From Octopus vulgaris (taxonomy: Eukaryota), in NCBI GenBank assembly GCA_951406725.2, contig OX597835.1, positions 32,922,001-32,986,000 on the forward strand: a stretch of DNA of 64,000 bases, in the 5' to 3' direction. Below are positions 27,279 through 41,669 of this stretch, one piece after another (within the stretch, counting starts at the first letter, position 1; each line of letters begins with the position of its first letter). Made by a program: the position numbers and the translations under genes. A model generated the notes under the pieces. That model made no database searches. It was given only the letters and a program-made list of their open reading frames with translations, and was not told the DNA's origin.

Positions 27279-27310
<32 letters not shown>

Positions 27311-27336
27311 CGACGACGATGACGATGATGATGATA
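26878..27336. repeat. (GAT/GAC/GGT)n low-complexity tract
   Basis: Direct inspection. Confidence 0.95.
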
Positions 27337-28331
27337 AATGCGAATGGCAACTAGCTAGTACTTCTCATAGAACTTAAAATTTCAGTAAAGAATGCTTGAA
27401 CGAAACCGGCAAGAAATTAAAGCTGAAAGCATTTCGAAACCTCAGTCGTCTAAAGGGTGACTTCCAGGTCATCAATGATTGCTTACTGCTATAACGTCTC
27501 ATCAAAACACTTTATATCGATTATCCAACTAACTGGTCATTATATATGAACACAAGGGAAGCACATTGGATGGAATCAATGCTGAAATCGATTAAATGTC
27601 TAACAGTATTATGTCTCGTATTACCACATTCTGAGTTCACATCCCAGAGGGGAAAACATTAACAAACAACGAGAGAAAATGGTTTATAAACACGCAAACA
27701 TACATATGCATAAAGAATCCAAAAGCATACTCATAATGAGAACGCTCTTCGTTCCTACGCATGTACATGTATATACGCGTGTATGTATATGCATATATGC
27801 GTGTATGTATGTATGTATGTATGTATGTGTATGTATATGTACACATATATGGATTATATAGAGAGAGATACGTTAAGGCACATGGCTCAATGGTTAGAGC
27901 GTCGGACTCACAAGCAATAGATGGAGTGTACGATCCTCAGACCGTCCAGTTCACCCAGCTGTTGAAATGTGTTGTGACGTCACTGGTGCCAAGCTGTATC
28001 GGCCCCTTTGCCTTTCCTTTGGATAACAACAGTGGTGTGGAGAGGTGAGGCTGGTATGCATGGACGACTGCTGGTCTTTCATAAAGTACCATTACTGAAC
28101 TTGTGCCTCGGAGGGGAACTTACAAGGTGCAATCACTTTGCCATCCATGACCGAAGGGGGTTTTTACCTTTTACTATATGTACATATAATGGTGTAGAGA
28201 TGATGGCTGGTATGCATGAGTGACTGCTATTTCACCATAAAAACAAACTTACCAGCCTTTTAACTCGGAGTGTAACGTTCTAGGTGCAATCCCGTGGTTA
28301 TTCACGATCTAAAGAGGTTTTTACCCTTTAA

Positions 28332-28382
<51 letters not shown>

Positions 28383-28569
28383 TTCATGTATATACGTAGT
28401 ATACACGCACTATACACACACACAAACACATTCATACATACGCCCCCCACTACACACACAGATATACACACATGTTTGTATACACTGGAAATGCTTATCC
28501 TTAAAGCCCCAAGCTGAGCAATACCGTGTGAGTTTGTTTTGATGACGGATATGAAAGAACCCGTCAGAG

Positions 28570-28870
28570 CAACAAAACCGTTCTGTATTTACTCATGCAA
28601 TATCCGAGAATAGCGGACTTGTGGAGTTATGTCGAACATGTTTGGGCCGACTCTGTCCTGAAAATCACCCCATTACGTAGCTTTAACAAAACAGGACAGG
28701 TGGTGTTCCTTGATCTAATGAGTACAGCACACGAGGCGGTGTAGTAGGCAAGGCTGAAAAGATTGAGGGAAGACACATTCCTTACAGTCAAGCTCTCTTA
28801 GACTGTTTCAACATCCACTTGGAAAGTAAAGGGACGGCAGTGAGGAACGTTTATCTCCCAGTGAATTTGT
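28570..28870 (+). pseudogene. Degenerate L1/Tx1-type ORF2 C-terminal relic
   Basis: Translates to KTVLYLLMQYPRIADLWSYVEH..., resembling the ET..H...C....W zinc-knuckle end. Stops follow downstream. Confidence 0.45.
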
Positions 28871-29198
28871 GAATTTGTGATTGTGTTAGAAAGGCTTAGA
28901 GTGATTGCTCCTATTCTTGTTAGTCGCCTGTATGTATGTACAGAAACGCTGGAAAGAAATCACGTATCTTTAGTGGTCAAGGTATTCCTGGATCTGTGAG
29001 GTTCTTTTGTTAGCCCTAGGCGGAGTTTCTGCGACATCAGGAGGACTGAATCAGTCATGTTGTCACATATTTATAGTAATATACATACTTTTATCCAATT
29101 TCGCAGTGTTTACCATTTTTTTTCTTCTCATGCTCCACGAAATGTTGTCTGTCCATGTGACGTCCCTCTCATCAATGCTCCGGTGGCTAATAAAAAAT

Positions 29199-29199
29199 T

Positions 29200-29243
<44 letters not shown>

Positions 29244-29406
29244 TATTATTATTATTATTATTGTTGTTGTTATTATTATTATTGTTGTTGTTGTTATTAT
29301 TTTTATTATTATTATTATTATTATTGTTGTTGTTGTTGTTGTTGTTGTTGTTATTGTTGTTATTATTATTATTATTATTATTGTTATTATTATTATTATT
29401 ATTATG

Positions 29407-29489
<83 letters not shown>
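29199..29489. repeat. (CAT)n-(TAT/TGT)n compound microsatellite
   Basis: Direct inspection. Confidence 0.95.
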
Positions 29490-29493
<4 letters not shown>

Positions 29494-29799
29494 AAATACA
29501 TTCTAAATAATAACAGCATTCCTCAAGAAAAATATATACATTTCTTATGGGAGAAACAGTCTTTTCTCACAGTTGTTTGCTTTCAGTTTTTCAGTTTTTT
29601 TAAAAAAAATATTTATTTACTTATTTATTTATTTCGTTATGTTGTAGTCCAAAAACGAAAAAATAAGGCAGAAACACTACAAGACGAAAGAAACAAATGC
29701 AAAATACATTTACAAAATAGAAGTGTTATATTGCGAACATCAAAAATATTCTGTGGAATATATAGTAACGCAAGTTCATGATATATTCCTAGAACCACC

Positions 29800-30068
29800 C
29801 ATGTACACAGACATAAATACATACATACATACAAAAATACGTACATACATACATACATACATACATACATACATACATACATACATACACAAATATACAT
29901 ACGTACGCAAATACATAATATATATATATTCATATATACAAATATCCATATATCCATATATCCATATATCCATATATATATATATATATTTATATATATA
30001 ATACACACATGTGGAGAGAGAGGCAAAGAGTGAGACAGAGAGATAGATAGATATACATATAACTATGT

Positions 30069-30103
<35 letters not shown>

Positions 30104-30504
30104 TATATATGTGCATATATGTATGTATATGTGTATATACATATATTTATTCATGCCTGTATGCAAATACATAGCTACCCATATATACATATAGATTTGA
30201 AAATGTATTATGCACGTAGGTACATAAATATGTGTGTGCATGTGGATATATATGCATATATGCATATAAGCATACATATGTATGAATCTGCATATACTTA
30301 TATAATATGAATATATATATGCATGAATGTATACATATATATATATATATATATATATAAATATATATACATATATAAATATATATATATATGTATATAT
30401 ATGTATATCATATATATATATATATATATGTATATAAATATGTATAATAATAATAATAATAATGATAATTTGTATAATATATATATGTATGTATATATAT
30501 ATAC

Positions 30505-30535
<31 letters not shown>

Positions 30536-30541
30536 TGCATG

Positions 30542-30572
<31 letters not shown>

Positions 30573-30615
30573 GTGTCTGTGTGTGTATATGTATATGTAT
30601 GTATATATATATATT

Positions 30616-30651
<36 letters not shown>

Positions 30652-31313
30652 CATTTATATATACATGTATAGCTGTGTGTCCCTATGTATGTGTATGTAT
30701 GTATATATATATATATGTATTGATATTGTTTATGATCCTTCAAACTCTATGCTGAAAATAATATTTGTATTTTATTTTTCAATTAAAAAAAACATACTAT
30801 ATTTATTCGAGTGTATACATATACACTCACACGCATATGTATATACATATATATGCATATGTACATGCATATATATACAAATATATATATATATATATGT
30901 ATGTATGTATGTATGTATATACACATATATATATATATGCATATATATATATGTATATATGCATATAAGGAGAGAGAGAGAGAGAGATTATTAATGCATA
31001 CCCGCAGGAGACACACAACGTACACGTACGTATGTTTATATTTATGTATGTATTTTCATATTTATGTACACTTCTCTGTATGTATGTGTACTTATATAAA
31101 CACGTATGTGGGTGTATATATGCATATATATATATATTAATGTATAATTTTTCTTATTTACAAATGAGAAATCATGATTTTAAATGTTCGTTTCCATTCC
31201 TGCATTTTTCTTTCAATTTCTATTTTTACACATTTTCAACTTGAAACTGTTCAAAGACAAATTTAGACATGAGGAATTGAAAATAACAGAATATGTAATT
31301 TAGCAAACGCATA

Positions 31314-31376
<63 letters not shown>

Positions 31377-31660
31377 CTATATATATAGAGAGATAGACGC
31401 ACATTTTTCGTGCGAGCGCACACATATACGCGTATACATTTATCCGTATATATATTGCCAATTATATATATATATATGTGTGTGTGTGTATACAAATGCG
31501 TAGGTACATATTTACACACACACATATATATGAGAATATTTTCATATATATGCATATATATATATATATACACACATATATATATGTTTACATATATATA
31601 TATATATATTTATACATACATATATACGCCTATATATTTATATATATGCACACCTATATC
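29800..31660. repeat. Very long degenerate (TA/TACA/TATG)n microsatellite field
   Basis: Direct inspection. Similar fields lie at about 21875-22500, 37480-38030, 47220-47752 and 53920-54750. Confidence 0.95.
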
Positions 31661-32149
31661 TTAACAGTCACAAACGAATGCTGAGGTACGTATGGAAAAA
31701 AGTACAAGCACGTACACACATACTTACACACATATACACGCACACACACAAAAATATACATACACGCACATGCACAAGCATGTAATTTTTTCTCCAGGCC
31801 TTCATAGTCAGTGTAAATGTGTGGTAGACGGCTCTAATTTTTGTTGGGCGCCTTAATGTTCTGTCGGTCCCTTATTGTGATACGCATAGTGTTTTGTAGT
31901 TAAGGACGCTTTAATGATATCTTGTAATTGGAGGCGTGGTTGTCTGACGTCAGAAGCTAGGTTTTGCTTGGTGGTCAGTAAAATAGAATCAGAGGCTAAA
32001 TACAATAGACTGGACAGCATGTAGGCGTCTGCGCGGCACATGTATACGCATGCGCACACATAGAGGTATATAATTCTTCGATTATGGTTCAATGACGAGA
32101 GACAAACACGACGGACGTGAAGAAATAGAGAAAGAGAGAATCCATCTCT

Positions 32150-32185
<36 letters not shown>

Positions 32186-32222
32186 AATATATATATATAT
32201 ATATCCAGAAACAGATCCAAAC

Positions 32223-32449
32223 GGTCAGCGAGCTGGTAGAGACTTTAGCACTCCGGGCGAAGTGCTTCGCGATATTTCGCACGTCGCTAGGTTCTGAGTT
32301 CAAATTCCGCCGAGGTGGACTTTGCCTTTCATCTTTTCGGGGTCGATAAATTAAGCACCAGTTACGCTCCGGGGTCGATGTAATTGACTTAATCCGTTTG
32401 TCTGTCCTTGTTTGTCCCCACTATGTTTAACCCCTTGTGGGTAATAAAG
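32223..32449 (+). mobile_element. SINE family B, monomer
   Basis: gagctggtagagactttagc head, gttctgagttcaaattcc B-box, Meta-like core and tail ccccttgtgggtaataaag. Confidence 0.85.
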
Positions 32450-32459
32450 GACCATATAC

Positions 32460-32616
32460 TGTTGTGTGGACGCCCCCAGACGAGGAAGTAGGCTAGCCCA
32501 ATACGTAGATATATAGAGAGAAGCCTAGAAGTAAGAGTAACGGTCAGAGTAGAGTAGTAGAGAGAGTTGAGTAGTAGAGACATCCGAACGTGCGACATAA
32601 CCATGGCGACGAGGAT
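32460..32616 (+). mobile_element. Short LTR followed by a primer-binding site (Ty3/Gypsy-type 5' end relic)
   Basis: TGTTGTG...CATAACCA (32460-32603) is directly followed by TGGCGACGAGGAT, complementary to the 3' end of tRNA-Ser(GCT). Confidence 0.6.
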
Positions 32617-32797
32617 TTCGTAGCTCACACTGCCACTGTGTAATATTGCGACAAAACATATACAGACACGGTGATTGGTTGCCGAGCATTACATGAAACA
32701 GAGAGAATGAAGGAATTGTGGTTACACAATGAAAGGACCAAAATATAAGGAATGATCGAGGAAGGAGTGAGGTAATTTGCTTAATTTAAACAAGACT

Positions 32798-33197
32798 GGA
32801 GTGGCTGTGTGATAAGTAGCTTGCTTACCAACCACATGGTTCCGGGTTCAGTCCCAATGCGTGGCATCTTGGGCAAGTGTCTTCTACTATAGCCTCGGGC
32901 CGACCAGAGCCTTGTGAGTGGATTTGGTAGACAGAAACTGAAAGAAGCCTGTCGTATATATGTATATATATATATGTATGTGCGTGTATGTTTTTTGTGT
33001 GTCTGTGTTTGTCTCCCCAACATCGCTTGACAACCGATGCTGGTGTGTTTACGTCCCCGTAACTTAGCTGTTCGGTAAAAGAGACCAATAGAATAAGTAC
33101 TGGGCTTACAAAGAATAAGTCCCGATTTGCTCGACTAAAGGCGGTGCTCCAGCATGGCCGCAGTCAAATGATTGAAACAAGTAAAAGAGTAAAAGAG
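32798..33197 (+). mobile_element. SINE family A, full length
   Basis: Complete head, core and tail. Confidence 0.9.
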
Positions 33198-33750
33198 AGA
33201 GAGAGAGACTGCGCTAAGACAAATTACTCAGATTGGCCAATGCCATTTATGTGAACAACATAGATAAAATATCATGGTATCAAGGACCTATAACCCTTTA
33301 AGGGATGCTAGAATCCTAGTTCTTTGGTTTATACCAGAGTTCAATGAAAACCAAATATATTAGTTTTGTATTGATATCTACATAGGTATCTAAAATATTT
33401 ATGACTGCGAAAAAGAATAAATGGAGAAATTGACATGCAGGCATCAGCTAATTTAAAGATATTCAAACCCATATATATACGTATATACAATTCATAAGTA
33501 AGGGCAAAAGAAAAAATGTCTAATGCCAAAATATACCAAAATTAGAGAACGTCAATAAGCATGTAATTTATTACTAACGAGCACGTTAGTGACAAATTAC
33601 ATGGTTATTGACATTCGCTATTTTCGGCATATTTAGGCATTAGAAATATTATGAATTGTTTATACATTTAACCGTTAAAGGTATTTTTTAATATGCTGCC
33701 CATTGATATAATATTTTTCTTTTTTACGAAAAAATGTTATCCTACATTTG

Positions 33751-33835
<85 letters not shown>

Positions 33836-33845
33836 TATACATATA

Positions 33846-33898
<53 letters not shown>

Positions 33899-33918
33899 TA
33901 TGTATGTATGTATGTATG

Positions 33919-33955
<37 letters not shown>

Positions 33956-34135
33956 ATGTATGTATATGTATAGTAAATGTCATAGAACCTGAGTTTTGGA
34001 TTTATTAAAATTATCTCCGCCTCTAGAGTTTGTGTCATCATTTCCAAATAGTAAGACCACCTCCACAAGTATTCTGCAATGTTTAGGATGCGATTTAGAA
34101 AATGGACAGATTTACTGTTCGGAAATAAGAGGTGA

Positions 34136-34180
34136 GTCACGTACACGTGTTTCTGCCTCGATAGTCGGCATCAGCACGAC
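34136..34180 (-). ncRNA. Hammerhead-like motif with a 3-nt core deletion
   Basis: gtcgtg-CTGA[TGA missing]-tgcc-gactatcga-ggca-GAAAC-acgt-GTA-cgtgac. All three stems pair. Confidence 0.55.
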
Positions 34181-35454
34181 AATTGCCCAACCTCTATTCA
34201 AATAGGCAAGGACTTAGACAAACAAAGAAGAACGGAACACATTTATGGCCGAAGTAATTTGCATAATTTATGCAAAAATGAGCTAAGAGGAATAACTGAT
34301 TGGGCAAAAGAGAGAAATACAAAAAGGGGTTAAAATAAATGAAAGAGAAAGATAACGGAAAGAGTTGAGGGAAGTAAATTCAGTCAATCATGTGTCATAT
34401 TTCATCTGTCGTTATCACTCCATTGCTTGTTTACCACTCACGTACTGTATTCTTGTGTAAAAGGGAGCATGAGAGTGAGACAGTGAATTAACTGAACAAT
34501 GGATCAGTCAGGTTAGTGGATATGTATATTGGGGGTGTTTGAATCATATAAGAGATCTGATATACAGAGATCTGATGTGCCACAGGTAGATGTAAGCCAG
34601 TACAACTTCATTCTCACAAATCGGAAAAACCCACGAGAATCAAGTCCCATTCAGTTACGACTAGGTGTTCCGTAGCATTATCTGAGGCGGCAGAAACACT
34701 TCATGTTGTGGGTGTTTACCATCTAGAAGCTGCAATGCATTCGGTATGTCTTGTTCTTTTCTGTCTACTGTAAATAGTACCCCTGTCTGAGAGAGTGCAA
34801 TTAATACCTGGTGTTATATATATATATTTGTAGTTTTTCTCTCTGGCATTTAGCCGACGCTAGCAATACAATAAAATAATGTCGACGCGTAAAAATATAC
34901 GGAGTCGATCGGCTCCTAGCATTCGCAGGATCTACCAGCATGTCCCGAGAGATCCTTGGTTGTTGCCCTCCTCTTCAAGCAGCAGTGAAAATTCAGTAAA
35001 AATCGAAACTTCATCCGGTTCAATGGATTCATGAACCAGTATTACATAGAAGAAGCTGATAGATCAGAGCTATGGACAACATTCACAGTATATTGGCGTT
35101 GATACATCATCCGTATAGCTTCTCTCTTTGACCTCAGACAGAAAACAAAAATACAATAATATTGTGGCTACAGCGTATACGTTCATTGGAATATAAAACC
35201 AACAGAGCAGGGGTGTGTTTCTGGAACTGGTTTAGTGATAAAAATATATAGCATTATGGCCAAATTTCTACATGAACCAAGAGACTGGAACATGAAGTTA
35301 AAAATTCACATCGCTAAGGTAGTCTTTGCCACATCGAGCAGTGTTTATACACAGAACATTAAATTGGCAACATGAAAATTGCTGGAGAGAAAGTTTAAAG
35401 GTGGATCTTTTAGAAAAATCCACTTTTTATTATATGAATTTTTCAAGTATATAT

Positions 35455-36020
35455 GCGTAGGTTTCCGTGTGTAGTAAGAGGAATGCTTCCCATCCGCATG
35501 GTACCGGGTTCATTTCCGCTGTATATCACCTTGGGTAAGTGTTTTTTTACTACTATAGCTTCGAGCCGACCAAAGTCTTGTGACTGGATTTGGTAGACGG
35601 AAAATAAAAGAAACCTGTCGAATATATGTATATTGTGTGTGTGTGTGTACGTGCGTGCGTGTGTGTGTACGTGTATGTGTATGTGTGTACGTGTGTGTCT
35701 ATATGTGCGTGTGTGTGTGCGCGTGTGTGTGCATGTGTGTGTATGCATGTGTAAGTGTGTGTGTGTATGTATGTGTACGTGTGTGTGTATGTGTGTGTGC
35801 GCCTGTATGTGTACAGGTGTGTCTGGTTGTTCTCCACCACTAGTTGACAACAGATCGGTGTTGGAGTGTTTACTTCCCCGTAACATAGCAGTTCAACAAA
35901 TCAAGGTGATAGAATACGTACCAGATATATATTGAGTATTGGTTTCGATTCTTTCGACTAAAATTCTTCAGGGTGCTGCCCCAGCATGGCCGCAGCCAAA
36001 TGACTGAAACAAGCAAAAGA
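35455..36020 (+). mobile_element. SINE family A, diverged, with expanded internal (TG)n
   Basis: Head at about 35455-35620, (TG)n, then tail ...ccccagcatggccgcagccaaatgactgaaacaag. Confidence 0.8.
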
Positions 36021-36126
36021 CAAATTATATAAGACCAACAATAAGTATGAGATAGTCCTTCAGATGTTATAAGCCCTATATCTCTTCCACTTGGTTTGAT
36101 TTCCAAGGTTGTATAGAAGCCTCAAT

Positions 36127-36340
36127 GACAATTCAAAATCAGCAACATGTGGGACAACGAGGTCTCCCACTAGTGGAACATTAGACGCAGTGCAGGAGAA
36201 CAGAAAGGAAAATTAGGGATCCAATTAAATAGACACAAAAGCAACAGCTTAAAGTCGAGAACAAGGGAGAAAATTATTGATGGCCTATGGGAGTGAAGGG
36301 CGTCAGAAAGGGCTTAAGTACAATCGTCTGTACTGACGCG
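36127..36340 (+). repeat. Unclassified repeat, inverted copy of 38633-38838
   Basis: gacaattcaaaatcagcaacatgtggga...gtacaatcgtctg is present in both orientations. Confidence 0.85.
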
Positions 36341-36349
36341 TCTGTGTGA

Positions 36350-36790
36350 TGCCTTCTCGAGCCTTTTGCTTTCCAACATTTGAAAATAGTTCTGTTGATT
36401 AAAAAAGGATCTTAGCCTCTGTATGTTCTTATGTCCTTCTCTGTATGTCTTTCCCGGGCCCTTTGCTTTCCAGTGTTTGAAAACAGTTCTGTGGATTAAT
36501 AAAGGATCTTATTCTCTTTATGTCCTTATGTCCTTCTCGAGCCCTTTGCTTCCCAATGTTTGAAAACAAATTTCTATTGATCAATAAAGGATATAAGCCT
36601 CTATATGTCTATATGTGATCTCTTCTCCACCTCTTCGATTTCCAAGGTTTAAAAACAAGGTTCTATTGATCAATAAAGGAACTTAGGCTATGATTGTCCT
36701 TAAGTGATGTTTTCTCGACATCTTCAATTTCCAGTCTTTGGAAACAGTTCGGATGATCAATAAAGGATCTTAGCTTCTGTATGTCTGCCT
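36350..36790. repeat. Minisatellite, about 5 diverged units of about 80-90 bp
   Basis: Recurrent tttcca..gtttgaaaacagttct...gatcaataaaggatcttag...tatgtc. Confidence 0.85.
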
Positions 36791-37160
36791 CCTGCTTGAC
36801 ACATGTTTATATAAATACATAATATCCACTGATGATGGTGTACGAGAAAAGAACGCGGCCTTCGGTTATTTTATTTCATTTTATTTATTTCTATATTTAT
36901 ATTTGTAGATTAAAGCATTTGGTTATTCATTCTTGAGCATCAATGGTAGTAATTCCCTACCGAGTGATTCGACATCATCGCCATTATAATAGTCATCTAG
37001 ATCGACATCACCATTATCAATATCATTACCACCACCACCACCACCGTCATCATCATCACTATCATCGTCGTCGTCGTCACCATCGGCATAATCATCGCCA
37101 TGATCATCATTATCACGATCATCATCGTCACTATCGCCATCTTTATCATTATCGTCGTCG

Positions 37161-37205
<45 letters not shown>

Positions 37206-37480
37206 CCATCATAATCACCATCATCATCATTACTATTATTTGAAGAACCTTTGCTTTCAGCGGCTCTCATACTAAAATATTTATTCCATTAGAGCATTTA
37301 CGAATGGTAATTCCTTTTTATTTCTTATACGATCGAATCATCATCCACTTCTCCTTTATTGTTACATTGGTTGTTGTTGTTGTTGTTGTTGTTGTTGAGT
37401 CTACTAAAGAAACATATTTTTATTATATTTCTTAAGTGTTTTTCTCTTGTCATTTAGCATCGATTGCTGGAAGTATTAGC

Positions 37481-37513
<33 letters not shown>

Positions 37514-37538
37514 GGGGGGCGTCTGTGTATATCAATAC

Positions 37539-37573
<35 letters not shown>

Positions 37574-37699
37574 ATATATATTTTATATATATATATGTGT
37601 ATATATTTGTATATATATGCATGTACGTATATGTATATGTATATGCATATATACATATATATATATGCATGTATATATATTTTATATATATATATATAT

Positions 37700-37738
<39 letters not shown>

Positions 37739-37864
37739 TGCATAATATGTGGATATATATATGTGTGTGTGTATATATAGTCATTTATATGTATATATGC
37801 GCATATCAATGAAAATATATATAAGTATAAACATACATGTACACATACACAACAGACACATGCA

Positions 37865-37899
<35 letters not shown>

Positions 37900-37982
37900 T
37901 TATATACAAATATGTATACATTTATATATTTACGTATACATATATACATAGGTGTATATGTATGTAGGTTTCTCTCTCTCAC

Positions 37983-38030
<48 letters not shown>

Positions 38031-39234
38031 CTTGTATAATGGGTCTATATAACTGTGATGGATGAATGGATGGGTGAGAAAATGTATTCTTTCGTTTTTA
38101 CCAATATTCTTACACTGCTTCGCCTATTCTTTTTTCTCATTCGTGTTTCTTTATTTTTACGATATTCTCTCACATTCAAACATTTTCCCAGATATTGTCT
38201 TTCATTCTTTGAATAATTTTCCATTCTCTTCAATATTTTTTCTTTGCATTCGTCAGTTCTTCACACTAATGATTTCAACCTTTTTTCGTTTCCCATTTGT
38301 ACAGCATAAATTCCTCCATTTTTCATTCTTTTTATTCTTTCATTCTTTCTACAAAATTCTGTTTTATTCTTCTCCATATGTTCCTTCCATATTTGTTTCT
38401 CCTTCATTGTCTTCTTTCCTTTCTTCAGGCTTTGCTTTTTTTCTTTCATTCTTCTCAATATTTATTGTTGTGATATTTAGCTATCGAGAGTCAGAGAGTC
38501 AGACAAAATAATTTGCGGTGTAGTGTTGTGATTATTAAGATATAAGCTAGAAGCCCACCGAGATTACTCAGCCTAATATACGAATATCCATTCAAGGGCT
38601 GAAAGACCAAGAACCAATCAATCACTAGCTTCGTGTCAGTGCAGACGATTGTACTTCTGACGCCCTTCGCTTCCATAGGCCATCCATAATTTTCTCCCTT
38701 GTTCTCGACTCTAAGCTGTTGCTTTTCTTTCTATTTAGTTGGATCCCTAATTTTCCTTTCTGATCTCCTGCACTGCGTCTAATGTTCCTCTGATGGAAGA
38801 CCTTTTTCTCCCACATGTTGCTGATTTTGAATTGTCTATAAGTTTGGTTTCTATAAGTTTGCGTTTCTTCTTTCTCTGTAGAGGCGTTGGCATACCGCAA
38901 AACCACTTTCTAGCCTCTATAGTTTAACTTGTTCAGCACAGGAGGCCCTGCACGAGCTCGCCTACTTTTAGAATACCTTCCAGAAGGATTCAGGCACAGA
39001 AGCCATCATACTTAAATTTCTGAAAAATACTCCAATTGCAAATCAACATACCTTTCTCGATAGAAAGACAGCAAACGATTGAAACCTAGAGCAGTCGGAG
39101 AAAATATGTTGCGATAAGACTGATAGTACGGAGTCAATTATTCGGGTACATTTCATTGGCTAACCACTTCTTTCAAAATTGTCTAAACAGAAGTGACCAA
39201 ATTATAATTGTTGTTGTTGTTGTTATTGCTATTG

Positions 39235-39289
<55 letters not shown>

Positions 39290-39305
39290 TACTGCTACTA
39301 CAACA

Positions 39306-39339
<34 letters not shown>

Positions 39340-40199
39340 TTTTGCGACAGGCGAAATGCTTACAGACATTTCGTCCGTCTTTAAGTTCTGTGTTCAAATT
39401 CCGCCAAGATCGATTTTACCTTTCATCTTTTGCATAGATTAAGTACCAGTGAAACACTGGACTCGATGCAATCGACAGTGTGGTACAAATATACGAAGGC
39501 CAGTATAACCATCATGACTACCCGTCTGATAACGGTACAACTGAACGCATGCATCACAACCATATATGCGTGACATGGTGATCTCATATCAAGATAAACA
39601 CTGCATGACTTTGCAGGTTGTATTTCTCGTTTGGTATAGCCTAAGGTCCGAATCTATATTTTCGATTTCAACTTTGAGCTTGCAACGATCACTGCACCTC
39701 AGATTGGAAGTGCTTTATCCTGGTCTTCTCTAATATATTGACTCAGCATCCTCACTACATCTTGTTGGTCGTCGTCGTATTCTTGTGCTATAGCTCTTCC
39801 TATTTACTGAAAATGCATTGTTCAACGTTTTCACTGCCGTCATTCATTTCTCTGTTTTCACCGGACAATGTCCCTGTTGCTGAAGCATTATTTTTATTTT
39901 CTACTTCCCTTTTTATCTCTTCAGTTTCTATGTCTGTTAGCCACCGTTTTATTCTTATTGCTCATACCTAGTCGGCTAACCGTTGCTCACTTATTTCGAA
40001 GAGTCCTATTTAATTCCATTTGGCTTTCATTCATTGTCAGAAACCCACATCTACAGGGTTCACGCTAGTTCATGCTAATTTATTAAGCAAGTATTTTATC
40101 TCCAAATTTTGCTGACAAAAAATCTCCTCAAGTCTCAAGAATCTTCGTTAGGATACTTGAAGAATATAGTATAGTATGTTTCTGCTGATCGACAATTCG

Positions 40200-41190
40200 A
40201 ATTTCAATACAATCGTGTTCAGTCTTTTAGATGGCATTTTTGGTGCTGTGCCAAGTACACCAATTACTGCAGGAATAATTGTTATCTGCCTAGATCCTGA
40301 TATTTCTCACTGTTCTTTTTTTAATCCCTTTGGTATCGATTCTGCTTTCATAGGGAATGGCAAAATCTCTGATCTTACCCTGCTTGTTTATTTTGTCTCT
40401 GTGATCATATCTGATTCTTTATTGCCACAAGGGGCTAAACATAGAGGGGACAAACAAGGACAGACAAACGGATTAAGTCGATTACATCGACCCAGTGCGT
40501 AACTGGTACTTAATTTATCGACCCCGAAATGATGAAAGACAAAGTCGACCTCGGCGGAATTTGAACTCAGAACGCAACGACAGACGCAATACCGCTAAGC
40601 ATTTCGCCCGGTGTGCTAACGTTTCTGCCAGCTCACCGACTTATCCTGTGATCATATCTGCTCTGTTTACAACAATAGTATGGTCAGTCTTTATGTGGAA
40701 ATCTCATTTTCTATCCCAGACTCTGGTTCGTGATCACACTACTTTTTATTTGTTGTTTTGAAGCCACACACTCTATTATCATTCTAACGGACATTTTTGA
40801 CTATAGTCATGTCGGTGCTTAAAATTCTGTGCTATCATACCGCATCCATTCATAAGACGACTGTTACTTTCATTTTCTTTCCTGCAGAGTCTACAATTGT
40901 CACTTGACTCTGTATTGTTGATCTTTGCTTTTAACAGATTTCTTCTAACAGCTTGTTCATGAGCAGCTACAATTAGCGTTTCTGTTTCTCGTTTCAATTT
41001 CCCATCCAATAAACAGAGTTAGCGGTCTTTACTTCCGACATTCTCAGTTTGTTGCACGAATTTAACAAGTAGTTCCGTTGTTTTCCACTTGTTTATTATT
41101 TTTACTCTGAGCAACATAATATTTTCAGAACCAGTATCGAAGTATTAAAATCATTCTTCGTTTAGAAATCCTCTGCCACCCTCCTTTCTT
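40200..41190 (-). mobile_element. Old R4/Dong-type (restriction-like endonuclease) non-LTR relic interrupted by a SINE B
   Basis: ETETLIVAAHEQA..CRLC..(CCHC region)..KHRHD, followed by degenerate endonuclease-region sequence. Confidence 0.75.
40414..40645 (-). mobile_element. SINE family B with a 15-bp target-site duplication
   Basis: ctgtgatcatatctg at 40399-40413 and 40646-40660. Confidence 0.92.
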
Positions 41191-41243
41191 GATGGGTAGA
41201 ATCGATTGGTACTGCTCATATGGTTATTATTATTATTATTATT

Positions 41244-41635
41244 ACTTTTTTTTTTTCTTCTTTCAAATTTTCTTCTATTTCTTGCCGAGTGTCTTCCCGA
41301 CTCCTAGGGCAAAGAAACTCATAGTGTATATTGGTAGGCCATTAAACCAAACTCAGAAGTTCGTTCTTTTTTTTTTTTTTTTTTTTAAAGTTAGATTAAA
41401 ATACATGAGCAGCAACAGTTCTCACATCGACAATGCTCTTCTCAATACGTGTGATGTACCAGTTAAGACAATCTTTTGCACTTCTTGCAGGGATGGTAAG
41501 CCAGGGATCATTCTCATATAATTTTCGGTTCCCTTCTTGATCATTCCTAGTGCTCCTACGATCACTGGTATTGTAACCGCCTTGAGATGCCACATTTTCT
41601 CAATTTCAATGAGTAGGTCTTTATATTTTCTGAGC

Positions 41636-41637
<2 letters not shown>
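41244..41637 (-). mobile_element. Young 5'-truncated R4/Dong-type LINE 3' end inserted in (TAA)n
   Basis: Open frame 41637-41422 reads KLRKYKDLLIEIEKMWHLKAVTIPVIVGALG...LRRALSM*. It is followed by a 3' UTR and A-rich tail, with (TTA)n on both flanks. Confidence 0.85.
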
Positions 41638-41669
<32 letters not shown>

